A stretch of DNA of 63,190 bases, filler included, from Intoshia linei (GCA_001642005.1; 7 parts of 7 records of this genome joined end to end with filler, not necessarily neighbours in it), one strand, 5' to 3'; shown: positions 50,331 to 63,190, counted from the first letter of the whole stretch. Numbers and translations: made by a program. Notes: a model not told the origin generated them from the letters alone.

Positions 50331-50990
50331 AATAGTCTAAATATACACCAAAACCAAAAATTTTGAGGTTACCCCGTCGGTATGGTGACCACTGGCCACC
50401 AGGTGGCAGCGGGGCCGAAAATCGACAATATCGCTATAACTTTTGATACGCTCATCGTAGATAGTCGATTTTGGGCTCATAATGAGCGGAATAGTCAACT
50501 TTGTATCTGTCCGAATAGAACTTTTTTTTTGGGGGTACAAAAAAAAGTTATTAGGCAAAAACCACTTTTTTACAATTTTTTTTGCCAATTTTCATATTTT
50601 TTTTTATTTTAAAGAAAGCACGTTGGGAAAAGAACAGAGGTATATAACCTACAGCAAGAGTAACAAAATATCACCTTAGTTACATTGTAATATACACATA
50701 AGAGCCTCAAGTGTACGAAAAATAAAGATTAAGTGCTAAATGTAAAATAAGGAGTAAAATGTAAGTCAGTGCAATGTTTAGCAAAATAAAGAAATGAATT
50801 GTATAGATTAGTATACGGTGTAAAAATGAATTAGGCGGTGGAAGATAAAGTTTAAGTGCAAAATGAATATTGTAAAACAGTAAAAGTAGANNNNNNNNNN
50901 NNNNNNNNNNNNNNNNNNNNNNNNNNNNNNNNNNTTAATTAATTAANNNNNNNNNNNNNNNNNNNNNNNNNNNNNNNNNNNNNNNNNNNN

Positions 50991-51542
50991 CCCAAAAATG
51001 ATCTAACAGCTTTCATATTGGTAGGTCTATCAATATTTGTTATTTCCCTAATTTTTTCAGGGTCGCACCTTATTCCATTATTATCTATTATTTTTTCCAA
51101 AAATTTAACTTCGTTTTTTGCAAAACAACATTTTTCACGACTAACGGTTAATCCGTGGTCCTTTATTCTTTTTAATACTTCTTTTAATATTATGATATGT
51201 TTTTCGATCGTGTTCGATGCAATTATTATGTCATCAATATATACATAAACTAAGTTAGTTATCAAAAATTTTGTCCATAATTCTTGGGAAGGTTGCACTA
51301 GCGTGTTTTAGTCCTTTTGGCATGACTTTGAATTGGTATAAATGTCTACCATAACGTGTAAAAGGCTGTTTTGTATTTGTCTTCTTTCTTAATTTTAATT
51401 TGCCAATAGCCTTTACACAAGTCCAATGTAGAAAAATTTTTTTTTCCAGGGAGTCAATTATTCTCTGAATATTAGGGGCTAAATAAGTGTCTTGGATAGT
51501 TATTTTATTTAATTCTGTAACGTCATTTATAAAGCAATTCAA
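50991..51542 (-). mobile_element. Ty3/Gypsy reverse transcriptase fragment, frameshifted
   Basis: YQFKVMPKGLKHASATF, YVYIDDIIIAS (YxDD), KCCF..NEVKFL, DPEKI...PTNMKAVRSFLG split over frames. Confidence 0.92.
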
Positions 51543-52012
51543 ATTTCAGTTATTTATGCAATAATGTTTATAAAATTTTCAATCTATCCGAAATTTGAAC
51601 GTCGATAAAAACCATAAAAATGGAGCTAGAACCAAATTTTAAAAATTGAAATGTATAGTTAAGCGTGGGTGTTGAAACCATAACAACGTACAACAATGTT
51701 GTTTTTGCAAAATATAAAGTTAAATTTAAATTTTTCTATACTATTTTTTTAAAAGGATATTAAAAATAATGAGCGCAACTCGTATCGGCATCTTGGCAAC
51801 ACCCCATAGACACACCCTCTAGATTATTTTATATATTATGATAATACACCATTTCCGCACTAACGGCCCTTAATTCTTTGATGGGTGTGACACCCTATTG
51901 CTCATGTATGAACTAATAAAATTTAGCTTTAATTTAAAGTTTATGTAACTTTACGTTACCTTAAGTAAACGAGTAGTACAATTTGTATTCTTTGAATTAA
52001 AAAGTTATGAAT

Positions 52013-52019
52013 AAAAAAA
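52013..52019 (-). terminator. Pol III oligo-T terminator of tRNA-Ile
   Basis: T7 run on minus immediately after the discriminator base. Confidence 0.75.
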
Positions 52020-52093
52020 TGGCTTCTGTGGGGATTGAACCCACGACCCCCGCGTTATTAGCACGGTGCTCTAACCAACTGAGCTAAGAAGCC
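52020..52093 (-). tRNA. tRNA-Ile (anticodon AAT)
   Basis: GGCTTCT acceptor stem pairs with AGAAGCC-A; D arm TAGCTCAGTTGGTTAGAGC; anticodon arm CCGTG-CT-AAT-AA-CGCGG; T loop GGTTCAATCC. Confidence 0.96.
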
Positions 52094-52321
52094 TTGTTTC
52101 TTTAATTAATAATTTAATTATATTATATTTATGTATCAATTGTCCATAAAATATNCTCTAACCAACTGAGCTAAGAAGCCTTGTTTCTTTAATTAATAAT
52201 TTAATTATATTATATTTATGTATCAATTGTCCATAAAATATAGCTATTAATTGATTTATAAATTAATATGTACATTAAAACATACATTTAAAACAAAATA
52301 TTTGTAAATTTTAAACTTTAG

Positions 52322-55300
52322 TCAGCTTCCGCTGCTACTCTTGAATATATTGAAAATGATGTTACAACAAATACTAACCTAGTTTATACTTATAATGACA
52401 ATAATACACCCAAAGTTTCCAGTCTAACTAAAACTAGTTTTACTCCAGATGAGGATAATCGAATTCTGGATATTGATGGTACGGGGTTTATAGACGTGCA
52501 AAATGTTTTTGTTGGTGGAATTAATTGTAAAATAATTTACTATACTGACACGAAACTTTCAATCAAAGTTCCAATTTTATCGGATGGAAATCACAATATT
52601 TTAATCAGTACTGCAGTAGGTTATGCTTTAAAAAGGTAAAATTTAAATTTTGTAATTAAAAGTCTACAGTTGAGTTTATTTTTGGTTTGAAAAATATTTT
52701 TAATGTAACGTTTTAGTGGCGCATTACCGAAAATTATGGTTGATTTTAAAGGTAAATATAAATATACATTAAATGTACATTATATTATTTTTAATAGTGA
52801 AAAGTGTTAATTTCGAAAAAATATCGGCGTTAGGTACATTTATATTTTATTAATGCATGAATCATTTGTTCATTGAATTTGGGTTCAATTTGAGAAACTA
52901 AATGTGTTTGTTATAGTTAGTAATTATGTATAGGTGGACTCGAAATACAACTCACCGGAACAGGCTTTACTACAAAAATGGATAAAATTTCAGTAAAAAT
53001 TGGTCAAGTTGATTGTAAAGTGTTTGAATCAACTACAACTCTAATTAAATGCATCAATGGTGTGCAATCACAAAAAGAAATAGTTTACTTTGGTATAATA
53101 TATCAGAAACATACATTAAGAAAACTGAGAAAACTAAAATTTCATTTACATTTTAACTTTTAACTAATAGTTTTTTACTTTGTAAAAAACAATACCTACT
53201 GTTAGGGTTAAACAGTTTCATTTAATTATAGATAAAAATTTAACTGCTCCCATGCATGCCATGTTTCATTTTTACCAACTCTTTGAAACTCGATAAATGC
53301 GAATAAAATCATTCGAAAACTTGATGTAAAATGAATATACAATGTACTGTATTGTTATTTTTAGAATCGGGACAAATATATTTAAAAAAAATAAGCCTTC
53401 CAATTGGCTCTACTTTACAATTTATTGGTAAGCTGTGGAACGCAATAGATATAAAATTGAAATATTTGATTGATAACACTTTAAAAGTCATAACAATCAT
53501 TCAAAACGAAAAAGAATATGATGAAAGCACATTATTATCATGTATATTTAAAATGAAATGTTAAATATGAAATGTAATAATTTTAGCTGTTGAGATTAAC
53601 TCGTTTACTCAAGCTGGCGAATATACTTATACGACCGATTTAAATAATTTATTGAATGATTTTTTTGCATTTGGAATATTAACAATAATTCCTTTGGAAT
53701 CAAAAATGGATATTATTAAGTTGAAGTAATGAATTATAAATAGGGCAATTTTTTTAATAACCTGTAAAAAAATAAAAGAACCTAATGATTGATTTTTAGT
53801 AACTTAAAAAAATTTTTCAAAGTACTAAAATTTTTGGTATACGTCTCTAATTTGAATCGTGTTGATTCAATCGTTTATTTTTCATTTTTTAGTAATATTT
53901 TTTATCTGTTTATATTTTTAACCATTTAAAAATTAAAAATATTTACAAAAATAACTTACATATTGTAAATATTACCAAAAAATGAAAAATAAACGATTGA
54001 ATCAACACGATTCAACATTTAACATTAATATTGTATGTTAAATTAAAAATAACCTATTTGTGTCCAGTACGTTCATACCAAATATCAATTTAAATTTGAT
54101 ACAAAATGATTGCTATTGAAAATATTATTTTCAATAAATTTTCAATTTGGAAAAAGAAGGTCCCATTTAAAAAAAATTTAGTCAAGATCCCCAATAAATA
54201 GGGGTATGGGTATGATAGGTTCGTTTTTACCTATATACTAAATTTTATAATTTTTTTAGAATAAATGGAATTGAAGCAGTCTACTTAAACTCATTTACCT
54301 TAATTGAAAATCCTACTTTGACTACATGCCCTGTATCACTATTATCAGGCTGTCAAAATAGTGATGCGTTTAATAAACAATGGCAAGATGCGCAAGTTAA
54401 TAGCAAATTTTATATTCTTCACGATAAATGCTTGACGAGTACATTGACTTCAATTAGTACTCACAAAGACACTTTGAGCAAATATGTAGAATTTAAAGGG
54501 GAAAATTTTCCAATTTCAGATAAATGTCTCTCTATTAATCTTAGAAATTCAAAAATAAAATGTGCTTGTATAATTGATAATTCTTCATTTACCAAAACAT
54601 TTGGTAATGCCTTTTATAATACGACAATAATTAAATATATACTAAATAATTTATTATACTAGCTTGACCAGGGATTGGAATTAATTGGTAAAAATTATTG
54701 AAAAATAATCAATTAATTGAGAAATGAAAAAATATTTTGCAATTAATTGCTTTAGGGAAAATTAAAATTTAAAAATTAATTGAAGATTGATAATAATATC
54801 ATAATCATTTAAAAAAAACTGTCATGTCGTTACCAATGAATATACTAGGATGCTGTTTTTTCGAAGTACATAAAAGTCAAGCTAGTAAGTTAAATACATC
54901 ATTTTTCTGGTGACAAACGCGTTTCTATTTTTCTAAAATTGCATAGAATAATGAAAAGATGTTAATATTGTATTATAGTAATAAGTAAATAGTAATAGTG
55001 TCAAACTATTTTAGTTGCATTATATTTTATTTGCAAAATAGTATTTAGAAAAAATTTTCATATTATTTATTTTATTTCTTCCTTCGAATTTAGAAATAAA
55101 ATTGTTTCTGGAAATCAATAAAGCATAGTGGGACTGTGATACGCTACAAAGAGTGTTGACAGTGTCAAATTGACACCTTAATTTTGTATTATTATAAATT
55201 ATACTACACTGGTTCCAATTGGGGGCTTGGCCCAGGGGTCTACAGAGTCTGAGGGAGGCGTAGATTTAAGAAAAATTTTAAAATTGAATTAGAATTGTTA

Positions 55301-58300
55301 ACATTAATTTGATTTAGTATTTGATATTTAATTAATATATTCTTGAAATTCAGATTAATTTTGGATTATAATAAATTTAAATTTTATTAACCCTTACGAG
55401 ACAATAACACGTATATTAACAAAAAAGAACAATCATAACTTTACAATTTTATGTATATTAGGCCCTAGTAACTAGGGTTTCAACTATATTAAAGTATGAT
55501 TTATAACTAAAATAAAACCAGTAATATTAATATTAAAAGATAACATTTTTTTAATCGCTGTTATAATAATATAATAAACATATACACTATGTTGTATTAA
55601 TTGATATTCTCTAAAAATATTTGTATATTGTTAGGGAAGTCGACAATATAGTTTTTTGGGAACTACTGAATTATAATGTATAATTAAAGGAAGTATTTTA
55701 TTTGTCAGTATTTAATTAACGAAACTGTAGTTATATTAATAAAAAATTTTCAAAAATTCAGTATTTTCAATAAAAATTGTCAGTATAAATATTAAAATAT
55801 CAGTAATAAAATTATTTTGTCAGTATATACTGTATAGTCAAGGATATACTGACAGTATATTTAAAGTACTGACAAAATATTTTTTTACTGCCCTTCCAAT
55901 TTAAATACTGACAATTTAATATTTTTACTGACAAACTATTTAAAATACTGACGCTATAAATACAAGCCTATAATTATTAATTTAATTTTTTCATCCAATC
56001 ATGGGTCAATAAAAGGATTTAATTTATATTTTTTCAAATATATGAAAAAAACCAATTAATTAAAGATTATCTTTTCATTTTTAAATTAATTGAAAAATTA
56101 ATATTTAGCAAACAATTAATTGGTTTATACAAAATAATTGATTGCAATCAATTATTTCCAATCCCTGAGCTTGACTGTTATGTACTTCGTACAAACAGCA
56201 GCTAGCTCTGACGAAGACCGAATTTTTAATTTATTATACAAAGTGTATGATCTTAAAAAATAAAATTATACAAAGCAATACAATGTAGATACCACCGTGA
56301 AAATTGTCATAAAAACATAAATCCTAGAAAAAATAAAATTTTAATTACATGTAATCATGGCCGTGGAGAGCCAGCAGTAGGCCCGTAACGGTGAAAATTT
56401 TAAACCCATATAATTTTTTTCAAAAATGTCCATACATTGGACATTGTTTAATCTATCGTTTATTGTGTAAAAATTAAAAATAACAGTGGGAAATCGAGTT
56501 GGTCATAAAATTTTTCAACATGACCTATTAAATAAATTTAAATAGTAGGCTATCATGATTGTAGACTAGGCCATGTATAAATAATATTAACCTTATTCTA
56601 GCTACATAAACTATTATGTATTCATAAACTAATCGACATATCCAGTGTCTCCACCACTCCCCAAAACCTAATAATAATAAATAATAATAATGGTAAATTA
56701 TTGGTTTGAAAATTTGTTAATTACCTTATTCCAAGGTATGCAACTTTAGAGTTAATAAAATTATTTGAAAGGGGTTTAAAGGAAATTTTGAACATTTAAA
56801 ATAGCTTCAAGTAAATTTTTTGAATAAATTGGAAGGGATTAGAAATTATCTTTTCTCAAAAATTTAGAATTGGAGGTTTAAAGTATTTTAATTGATTATA
56901 TTTAACGTGAAACCCTGGTTCAACCTTGACATACTCTTTGCAAAAGAGAACATTTATACTTTTAAAAAAAATTTATTTTTTTAAATTTTTCATGTTGTAA
57001 CAGACTATTACTAATAGTTGACTTTGACCAATTGATATACTATGATTCATATATTTTATTAATAATATTAATTTAGCCAAATGTAAAATTGATGTATCCT
57101 GTGAATTGTCACCATTTGATCCACATTATTTTGAAATTAGTGTAGTTAATCATGGAAATTTGATTATTTCTGGAGATGTCACGAAAATATTAAAATTTAC
57201 TATTATACCAGAAGTGACATCTTGCTTGCCCATTTCTTCTGGAAATAGTGGGTCAATTGGAGGATCGACATTATTAATCATAAAAGGTAGTGGATTAGGA
57301 GTGACGGCGTCATTACTAGGAAAATATCCAAATATACATTTATCAATTAACGATGTAAAATGTGAAGATATTATTAAACACACTAGCCAAGAAATCCACT
57401 GCTTAACTCCGGCAATGAATTCAGAAATAAAAAATAGTGTTGTAAAAATGTTATTATATGGAAGGGATGTAGTTATTCCCACTGCATGTACATTTTCTTA
57501 TCTAACTGAAAAATCGCCAACACTAAATGTCATTACAGAATTATTTGATTCCGTCAACAAAATCGTAACAATTAGTGGATCAACATTTGGCACAACAAAA
57601 TCTGATATAAATGTATTTTTTAATAAAATTGCGTGTGACAACATTGACTCCGTAACGGATACTCTAATTAAATGTATTCAAACCTCTCTACCTTATGGTC
57701 AAATAGATACAATTATTGAACGAAAAGATTATGGAAAATCCATAAAAATTGCAAATTTTAAAAAATTGTTTTCTACAGTAGTAATAACACCGGTTGTGAG
57801 TGGGTTAACAAAAGGTAGTTTAGCTGGTGGGAAGATTATTGAATTTACTGGAACTGGTTTGGATGTTTCAAATGCAAAAATTTTATTTTACAAAACGGGT
57901 GTAATTGAAAAGGAATGCAAAATAGATGCAACACTCAGTACATACAAAAAAATTGTCTGTTTTTCTTCCGGTGTAGACAAAGAATATACTGATGTACCAA
58001 TAATATTTGCATACACTATTGATGGAATAAATAAACAAATTGACACTGGATCAACGTTTAGTTTTCTCAATGCATTTACACCTTCCATTGACTCAATTGC
58101 ACCTACTATAGGAAACGTTGGAACCAAAGTAGTAATATCAGGTCAATTATTTGATTCTGATACAGTAGTAAAAATTAATACACTGCCCTGTACTACGTTA
58201 CAATTTATTGGAGGGAAATTAAATTGTGTTTTGCCATTGAATTCATATAATAAATACTCATTTGAGGTTTTTGTGCCATCTTTAGGGTATACAACTGGCG

Positions 58301-61300
58301 TCTTGACTAATATGTTCACATATGAAATAAAAATTGATTCAATATCACCAAATTCTGGAAGTTTAGTTGGTGGTACTATTCTAAAGTTGGTTGGAATTGG
58401 TCTTAATGATAAAGTCACCTTTTATGTTGATGATTTAGCATGTCTTAAATTGGTATGCTCGTCGGATATGACCTTTTGTGATTGCACTACACCTCCAATG
58501 AAAGGTTTTTATAAATATTTATAATTGATATTTTCACTACTGTAATACAATGCACCCTATCATAACGAATCCTATTGTTAACCAACTTTATAAATTTGCG
58601 ACTTACTAATCAATCTTTATAGATTAAATGCGATAATAAAATTAAATATTAATAAATTTTTATTTTTACATACAAAAGCATCAATTTACATTTAATTTAA
58701 TTATTTTTTCAATAATGAACAACAGGTTTTTGGTATTTTCAAGTTTTATTTAACTTTCCCCTTAGACAATAAATATTAAAAAAATAATAACGCAAAGAAA
58801 AGGAGTAAACTAACATACAAATAGAAAATAAAGAATTATAAACAATGAGATTTAGATTTAGAAAAAAAATATGAAATTTCACTTGGAGCAATTAATATGA
58901 TTTTAAAAATTTCGTCGGTGATCGAGAACATCAAAACTAATATTACAGAACTCAAACTATACTACGAAAATACAAAATGCGATGATGCCCTATTTAAATG
59001 AATTTACTTAAACGATCTGGAGTCCAGATTCTGGACACTTTCTACTTTCTAAACTAAATTTTAAAAATATCATTAAAAAACTTTCATCAATCTTATCTTT
59101 CAAAAACGAAATTGAAAAAAAAATTGACAAACAAAATGTTCGTTATAAGAGGGTGCACTGTAATTGTAAATAAATAATCTATTTAGAAAAAACAACCTTT
59201 TTAAAAACTATTTATTACGAAATTACAAAAAACAAAAAAATTAGCATCACTGATAAATTTACTTATTCGTCATCGTTAACACCCGAAATCACAGGAGTTT
59301 CACCAAATGTTGGTGGAACAGCAGGTGGAACAAGTTTAATTGTATCGGGAAGTTCATTTGGGTGATTATATTGTTTACGTTATTACTGATTTACTCTTAC
59401 GGGTCTACACGGGACGACTTTTTCGAATCGTATCATAAAGGCGAACATTGAGTTGGGCGACATTCATTTGAGCAATTTTTTGTTTTTTTTTCTCCCATTT
59501 TTGAAATATTTTGAAGAAAATTTTAACATTCTAAGCCTTAGAATCTAAGGGATCTTCAAAATCTTTAAAAGTTGGGTAAAAAAATACAATAAGTTATGAA
59601 CGGTGAACAACTATAATTTACCGACATAGTAATGATTATAAATACATAATGTGTAATTGTACAATAAGACTATTTCATTTTTTTAATATAAAAATCACAT
59701 ATATATAAAATTAGCACCGCTTAAATTGCTGCGGAATAATATTAATATTTTTAATTTTTATTCAAAAAATCCCTTGCGTCTTGAAGTTTAAAGTTTTTAT
59801 TTTATGATTTCTCAGTTAGTTCATTGAAATTTTTAATAATCCGTTGTGTTAATAAATTTAAATAATACCAATTTTCAATTTATCTGAATAATAAAACTTT
59901 TTAAAATGTCGAATATTGAAATGATTTCATCATTTGAAAGTTTACAATAAATTTCCGAAATATTTTCATATTTTGTTGAAACATACGGTATAATAATGAC
60001 CATTGAACCTTGTGTAAAATATCATTGTCGACATTGATCTTTTTTAAATTTCAAAAAAACGTCCAAATTGGAATAGCCCTATTGTACAATATACAATAGA
60101 CATTGTAATTAAACACATTAGGGTTCGGCAAAGGATCATTGTCGACTTAATGAAATTAATATATATATTCTGGGATATATCAAAATTATTTGGGTCTATG
60201 AAAAAATAAATTAAAATGAGATGAGTAGATTTTGTACCAAATTTCCCTGATCATGACCAATACAGTGCAATCTAGTTTATTATTATTATTATAATAATAG
60301 GTGTACAAATTTATTTTATGTTAATATTTAGTCAAAATATTGATGATGTTACTGTACAAATTGGTTCTATTGATTGTACCATTGTATCCGTCAAGGATAG
60401 TGAAATTACATGTTTAACCAAAGCTGTCACTGTCATTTCGATGAATTTTAAATCACCAATATTGATTAAAGTATATGTAAAAAACAAAGGATTTTCTACG
60501 AATGTACATTTGAATTTATAATTATATTATACAATTGGATTATAATCGATTTCTACCCATATCTTTTGATTGGAAATGTTTGGACCGATAATTATTTCAA
60601 ATTTTTAGTCTTAATCAATAGTTTCGAAATCAAAAAAAAAAAAATGAATACTAAAGTCCTTATTTGTTCGTGAAAGCGTCATTTTGTCAGATACTAATTT
60701 TTTATGTGTGTTAACTGGATATAACTGTATGATCTGTAAATTTTTTTAAAATTCTACGACTATTTTAATTTTTTAAAAAATGGACAATCTGGGCTTTTGA
60801 TCGTGAAAATTAGTTAAAAACAAATTAGTTGAGAAACACTGTATAAAATGATTTTACTGCTAGTACGCTGAAAATTTTTAATTTGATTTAAGTGGCTTTG
60901 ATCTGTACCAATAATAAAAACACTTAAAAACGCAAATTAATATGAATATCATAAAATTTTAAATATAATTATAGAAAATTGGTTATTTTGAATATATCGA
61001 TCTGTGGTCTTCCAGGTATAGTTGGGGTGGTGCAAATTTGCCAATTGAAAACGATTTAGTGGTAATTACTGAAAATCAGCACATCAGATTAGATATTAAT
61101 ACACCAAGATTTTCAATGATTTTGATTAAAGGTAAAATTATTAATCGTAAGTACAATTGTAGAATACGTATAATTGAATGTATACATTTCAAATTAGGTG
61201 GAAAACTTTCATTTGCTGATAAAGACGTTGAATTGAAATCAAATAATATATTAATTACCGACGGAGGCATACTAGAGGTATTAAATAATGATATACCCTG

Positions 61301-61462
61301 CAAAAATTAAAATAATTTTAATTTTAATTCAGATTGGAACTACAACAAAACCTTTTCAAAACCGAGCAATTATAACATTAACGGGAAAGTTAAGATCACC
61401 AGAATTGCCAATTTATGGAGCTAAAACATTAGCCATTAGAAATGGTTCCCTTGAACTTCACG
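52322..61462 (+). CDS. PKHD1L1: Fibrocystin-L-like protein, internal exons (IPT/TIG repeats and first G8 domain); partial at both ends
   Basis: Repeated P..GS..GGT.LTI.G.GF TIG units (large exon ~57077-58504), then G8 DLWSSRYSWGG..LP..NDLVVI...GGKLSF...IGTTTKPFQNRAIITLTGKLRSPELPIYGAKTLAIRNGSLELHG. Confidence 0.92.
53852..54015. repeat. ~47-bp near-perfect inverted repeat (foldback/MITE-like) in PKHD1L1 intron
   Basis: TTGAATCGTGTTGATTCAATCGTTTATTTTTCATTTTTT... / ...AAAAAATGAAAAATAAACGATTGAATCAACACGATTCAA. Confidence 0.85.
54669..56167. mobile_element. 1.5-kb non-autonomous hAT element inserted in a Helitron 3' end
   Basis: TIR CAGGGATTGGAA / TTCCAATCCCTG; perfect TSD AGCTTGAC at 54661-54668 and 56168-56175. 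Confidence 0.9.
58548..59160. mobile_element. Non-autonomous pogo/Tigger-like element in PKHD1L1 intron
   Basis: TIR CAATGCACCCTATCATAACGAA / TTCGTTATAAGAGGGTGCACTG; TA on both sides. Confidence 0.82.
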
Positions 61463-61482
61463 GTATGTATATTATACCTTAA

Positions 61483-61600
61483 CTAGCTTAGCTGATTTGT
61501 ACTACGTATAAACAGCACCTAGCTCTGCCGAGGGCACTCTTTTATTATACCAAAAAAATAAATTCACGTTGAAAATCTAACTTAAAAATCCAATTAAAAA
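61483..61600 (-). mobile_element. Helitron type B 3' end
   Basis: Reverse complement is nearly identical to ~6780-6883 (GTGCCCTCGGCAGAGCTAGGTGCTG...CTAG|T). Confidence 0.85.
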
Positions 61601-61941
61601 ATCTAAAAATTTTAAATTTAAAAATCCAAATTTGTTTCAGGTGGAACAGTCATATCACATTACTTTTTACTTTAAAGTGAATTATTCCATCTTAATTTTT
61701 TTNNNNNNNNNNNNNNNNNNNNNNNNNNNNNNNNNNNNNNNNNNNNTTAATTAATTAANNNNNNNNNNNNNNNNNNNNNNNNNNNNNNNNNNNNNNNNNN
61801 NNATTATATATTATTATTATTATTAGATATATTATTATTATTATATATATTATTTTATTATATATTACTAATATTAATATGTTTTATATCATACCATAAT
61901 ATGCAATTAACGAGTATCATTGTATATTTATTATCTTTTAG

Positions 61942-62964
61942 GTAAGTTTAGCTCTGGTACAGGAGTAACTGGCAGTGCAATTCAAGATTGCTCCGCTGGT
62001 AATTACATCACTTTAATATTATACTAATTATATATAGGCTACTATTGTACTGGAGGTGCAACAGTACCCACACAATTTGAATCACAACCTGGTCATTTTT
62101 CTTTGGCTGGAGCTTTTCATCAAACACCATGTTCACCGGGTATAATAAATTGTTTATATAAATGATTCATTTTAATATAATACAACATAATATATATAAA
62201 TATGTGATAACCAATTTTATTAACCTACTTAATTTCATTTTCATCTAGGTCAGTACCAACCAGCCAAATTATCATCAAAATGTTTAACATGCACACAAGG
62301 TTATTTTTGTGCAGGTGTTGGAACCTTTCTGCCTAAAATATCTCCGATAGGTTTCTATGCACCCCTTGGATCAGAAGTAATATTACATTTATAAATCAGT
62401 TGATAATTATGTAATAAAATTTCTAGGTTGGTATACCATGTCCAATAGGTACTTATTTGGATGAAACTGGAAAATATTTGTTAAGCCACTGTAAATCGTG
62501 TACCGCCGGAAAAGCATGTACTAAAGTTGGATTGTCGATACCTGATATTGATTGTTCTGTTGGTTATTACTGTTTAACGGGTGCAAAAGAAGCTTACCCC
62601 ATTGATGGTATAAGTGGAAATCTGTGCAAAGAAGGATATTTTTGTCCGGCCGGTTCAAAAACGTTTAGTGATAATCCTTGCCCTCTTGGAACGTATAGTA
62701 ACAGAATTGGAAACAAAGCGGCTATAGATTGCATTGATTGCGACCCTGGAATGTATTGTGGTTCTCTTGCTTTAAAGACTGTTACTGGGTAAAATAAAAT
62801 TTAGATACAGATTATTTATTAAATTTAGACCATGCAACGCTGGATATTATTGCAAATTAAAAGCTACAAAGAAAAACCCTGAAGACGGTGGTGTTACTGG
62901 AGATTTATGTCCAAAAAACAGAATTTGTCCAGCTGGAACTTCAATTCCTATCAAATGCCCTGAA
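61942..62964 (+). CDS. Large Cys-rich repeat protein (GCC2/GCC3, ephrin-receptor-like C-P-x-G-[YF]-[YF]-C repeats), internal exons
   Basis: Exons DCSAG|YYCTGG...PCSPG|QYQP...CTQGYFC..|..CPIGTY...CKEGYFCPAGS...CPLGTYS...CDPGMYC|PCNAGYYC...ICPAGTSIPIKCPEG; small GT-AG introns. Confidence 0.85.
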
Positions 62965-63086
62965 GGTTACACATTTTTGTTAGTTCAACTTTTTAAATCA
63001 ATATTTATCTTTATTACACTTGTAACACTAATAACTTGTAAGTTACAATATAACTTGTAACATACATATTTTGCTTGAGTACTAAC

Positions 63087-63125
63087 TATTAGGTCGTTTC
63101 ATAAGTAATGTCGTTTTTTTAACAA
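63087..63125 (+). mobile_element. Probable mariner-type terminal inverted repeat
   Basis: TA-TTAGGTCGTTTCATAAGTAATGTCGTTTT resembles the mariner TIR TTAGGTTGGTGCAAAAGTAATTGCGGTT; partner end not in window. Confidence 0.45.
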
Positions 63126-63190
63126 AATTAAAAACGTTATTTGATTACATTAAAAATAAAGTTATATTATAAAATATTCACCATTGCTTT

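Noticed and set aside
52156-52240. Apparent second partial tRNA-Ile or att-like duplication
   Set aside because: Near-exact copy of 52069-52154 directly after a single N; most likely an unmerged assembly overlap, not an integration site.
57150-58418. Minus-strand ORFs of 79-110 aa
   Set aside because: Antisense shadows of the large PKHD1L1 exon.
1-63190. Alternative genetic code, CRISPR array or prokaryotic defence operon
   Set aside because: Genes end at TAA, TAG and TGA, and internal stops are explained by introns or decay; no repeat-spacer array or bacterial gene was seen.

Overview
Very AT-rich eukaryotic DNA from an animal, not a prokaryote. It comprises seven segments joined by artificial 100-nt linkers (N44-TTAATTAATTAA-N44), so adjacency across linkers is not biological evidence. 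Metazoan genes (Fez, SRCR-ZP, fibrocystin-L), many 30-45 nt GT-AG introns and ~100-nt intergenic spacers indicate a compacted animal genome. An orthonectid such as Intoshia would fit, but that is inference only. Genes reconstructed by manual splicing are: an ankyrin-repeat protein, an SDR oxidoreductase, GLCE (last exon), RAD17, a DMBT1-like SRCR2-ZP protein, an intronless degenerate GalNAc-transferase, TUBGCP4, UVRAG, VIP36/LMAN2, MIC26/27, UBE2G1, TRMU (last exon), Fezf, a small secreted orphan, tRNA-Ile(AAT), PKHD1L1 (partial) and a Cys-rich repeat protein (partial). Large introns and intergenic space are filled with non-autonomous Helitrons, hAT MITEs with 8-bp TSDs, and pogo/Tigger, Tc1/mariner, Ginger-like and Gypsy remnants, often nested. 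The most notable observations are three. (1) The SRCR-ZP gene and a predicted catalytically dead GalNAc-T converge with interlocked stop codons (6-nt CDS overlap). (2) RAD17 has broken Walker A/B motifs. (3) A Helitron family with base-precise ends inserts into itself. No homology search was run; exon boundaries are manual and some starts are approximate.
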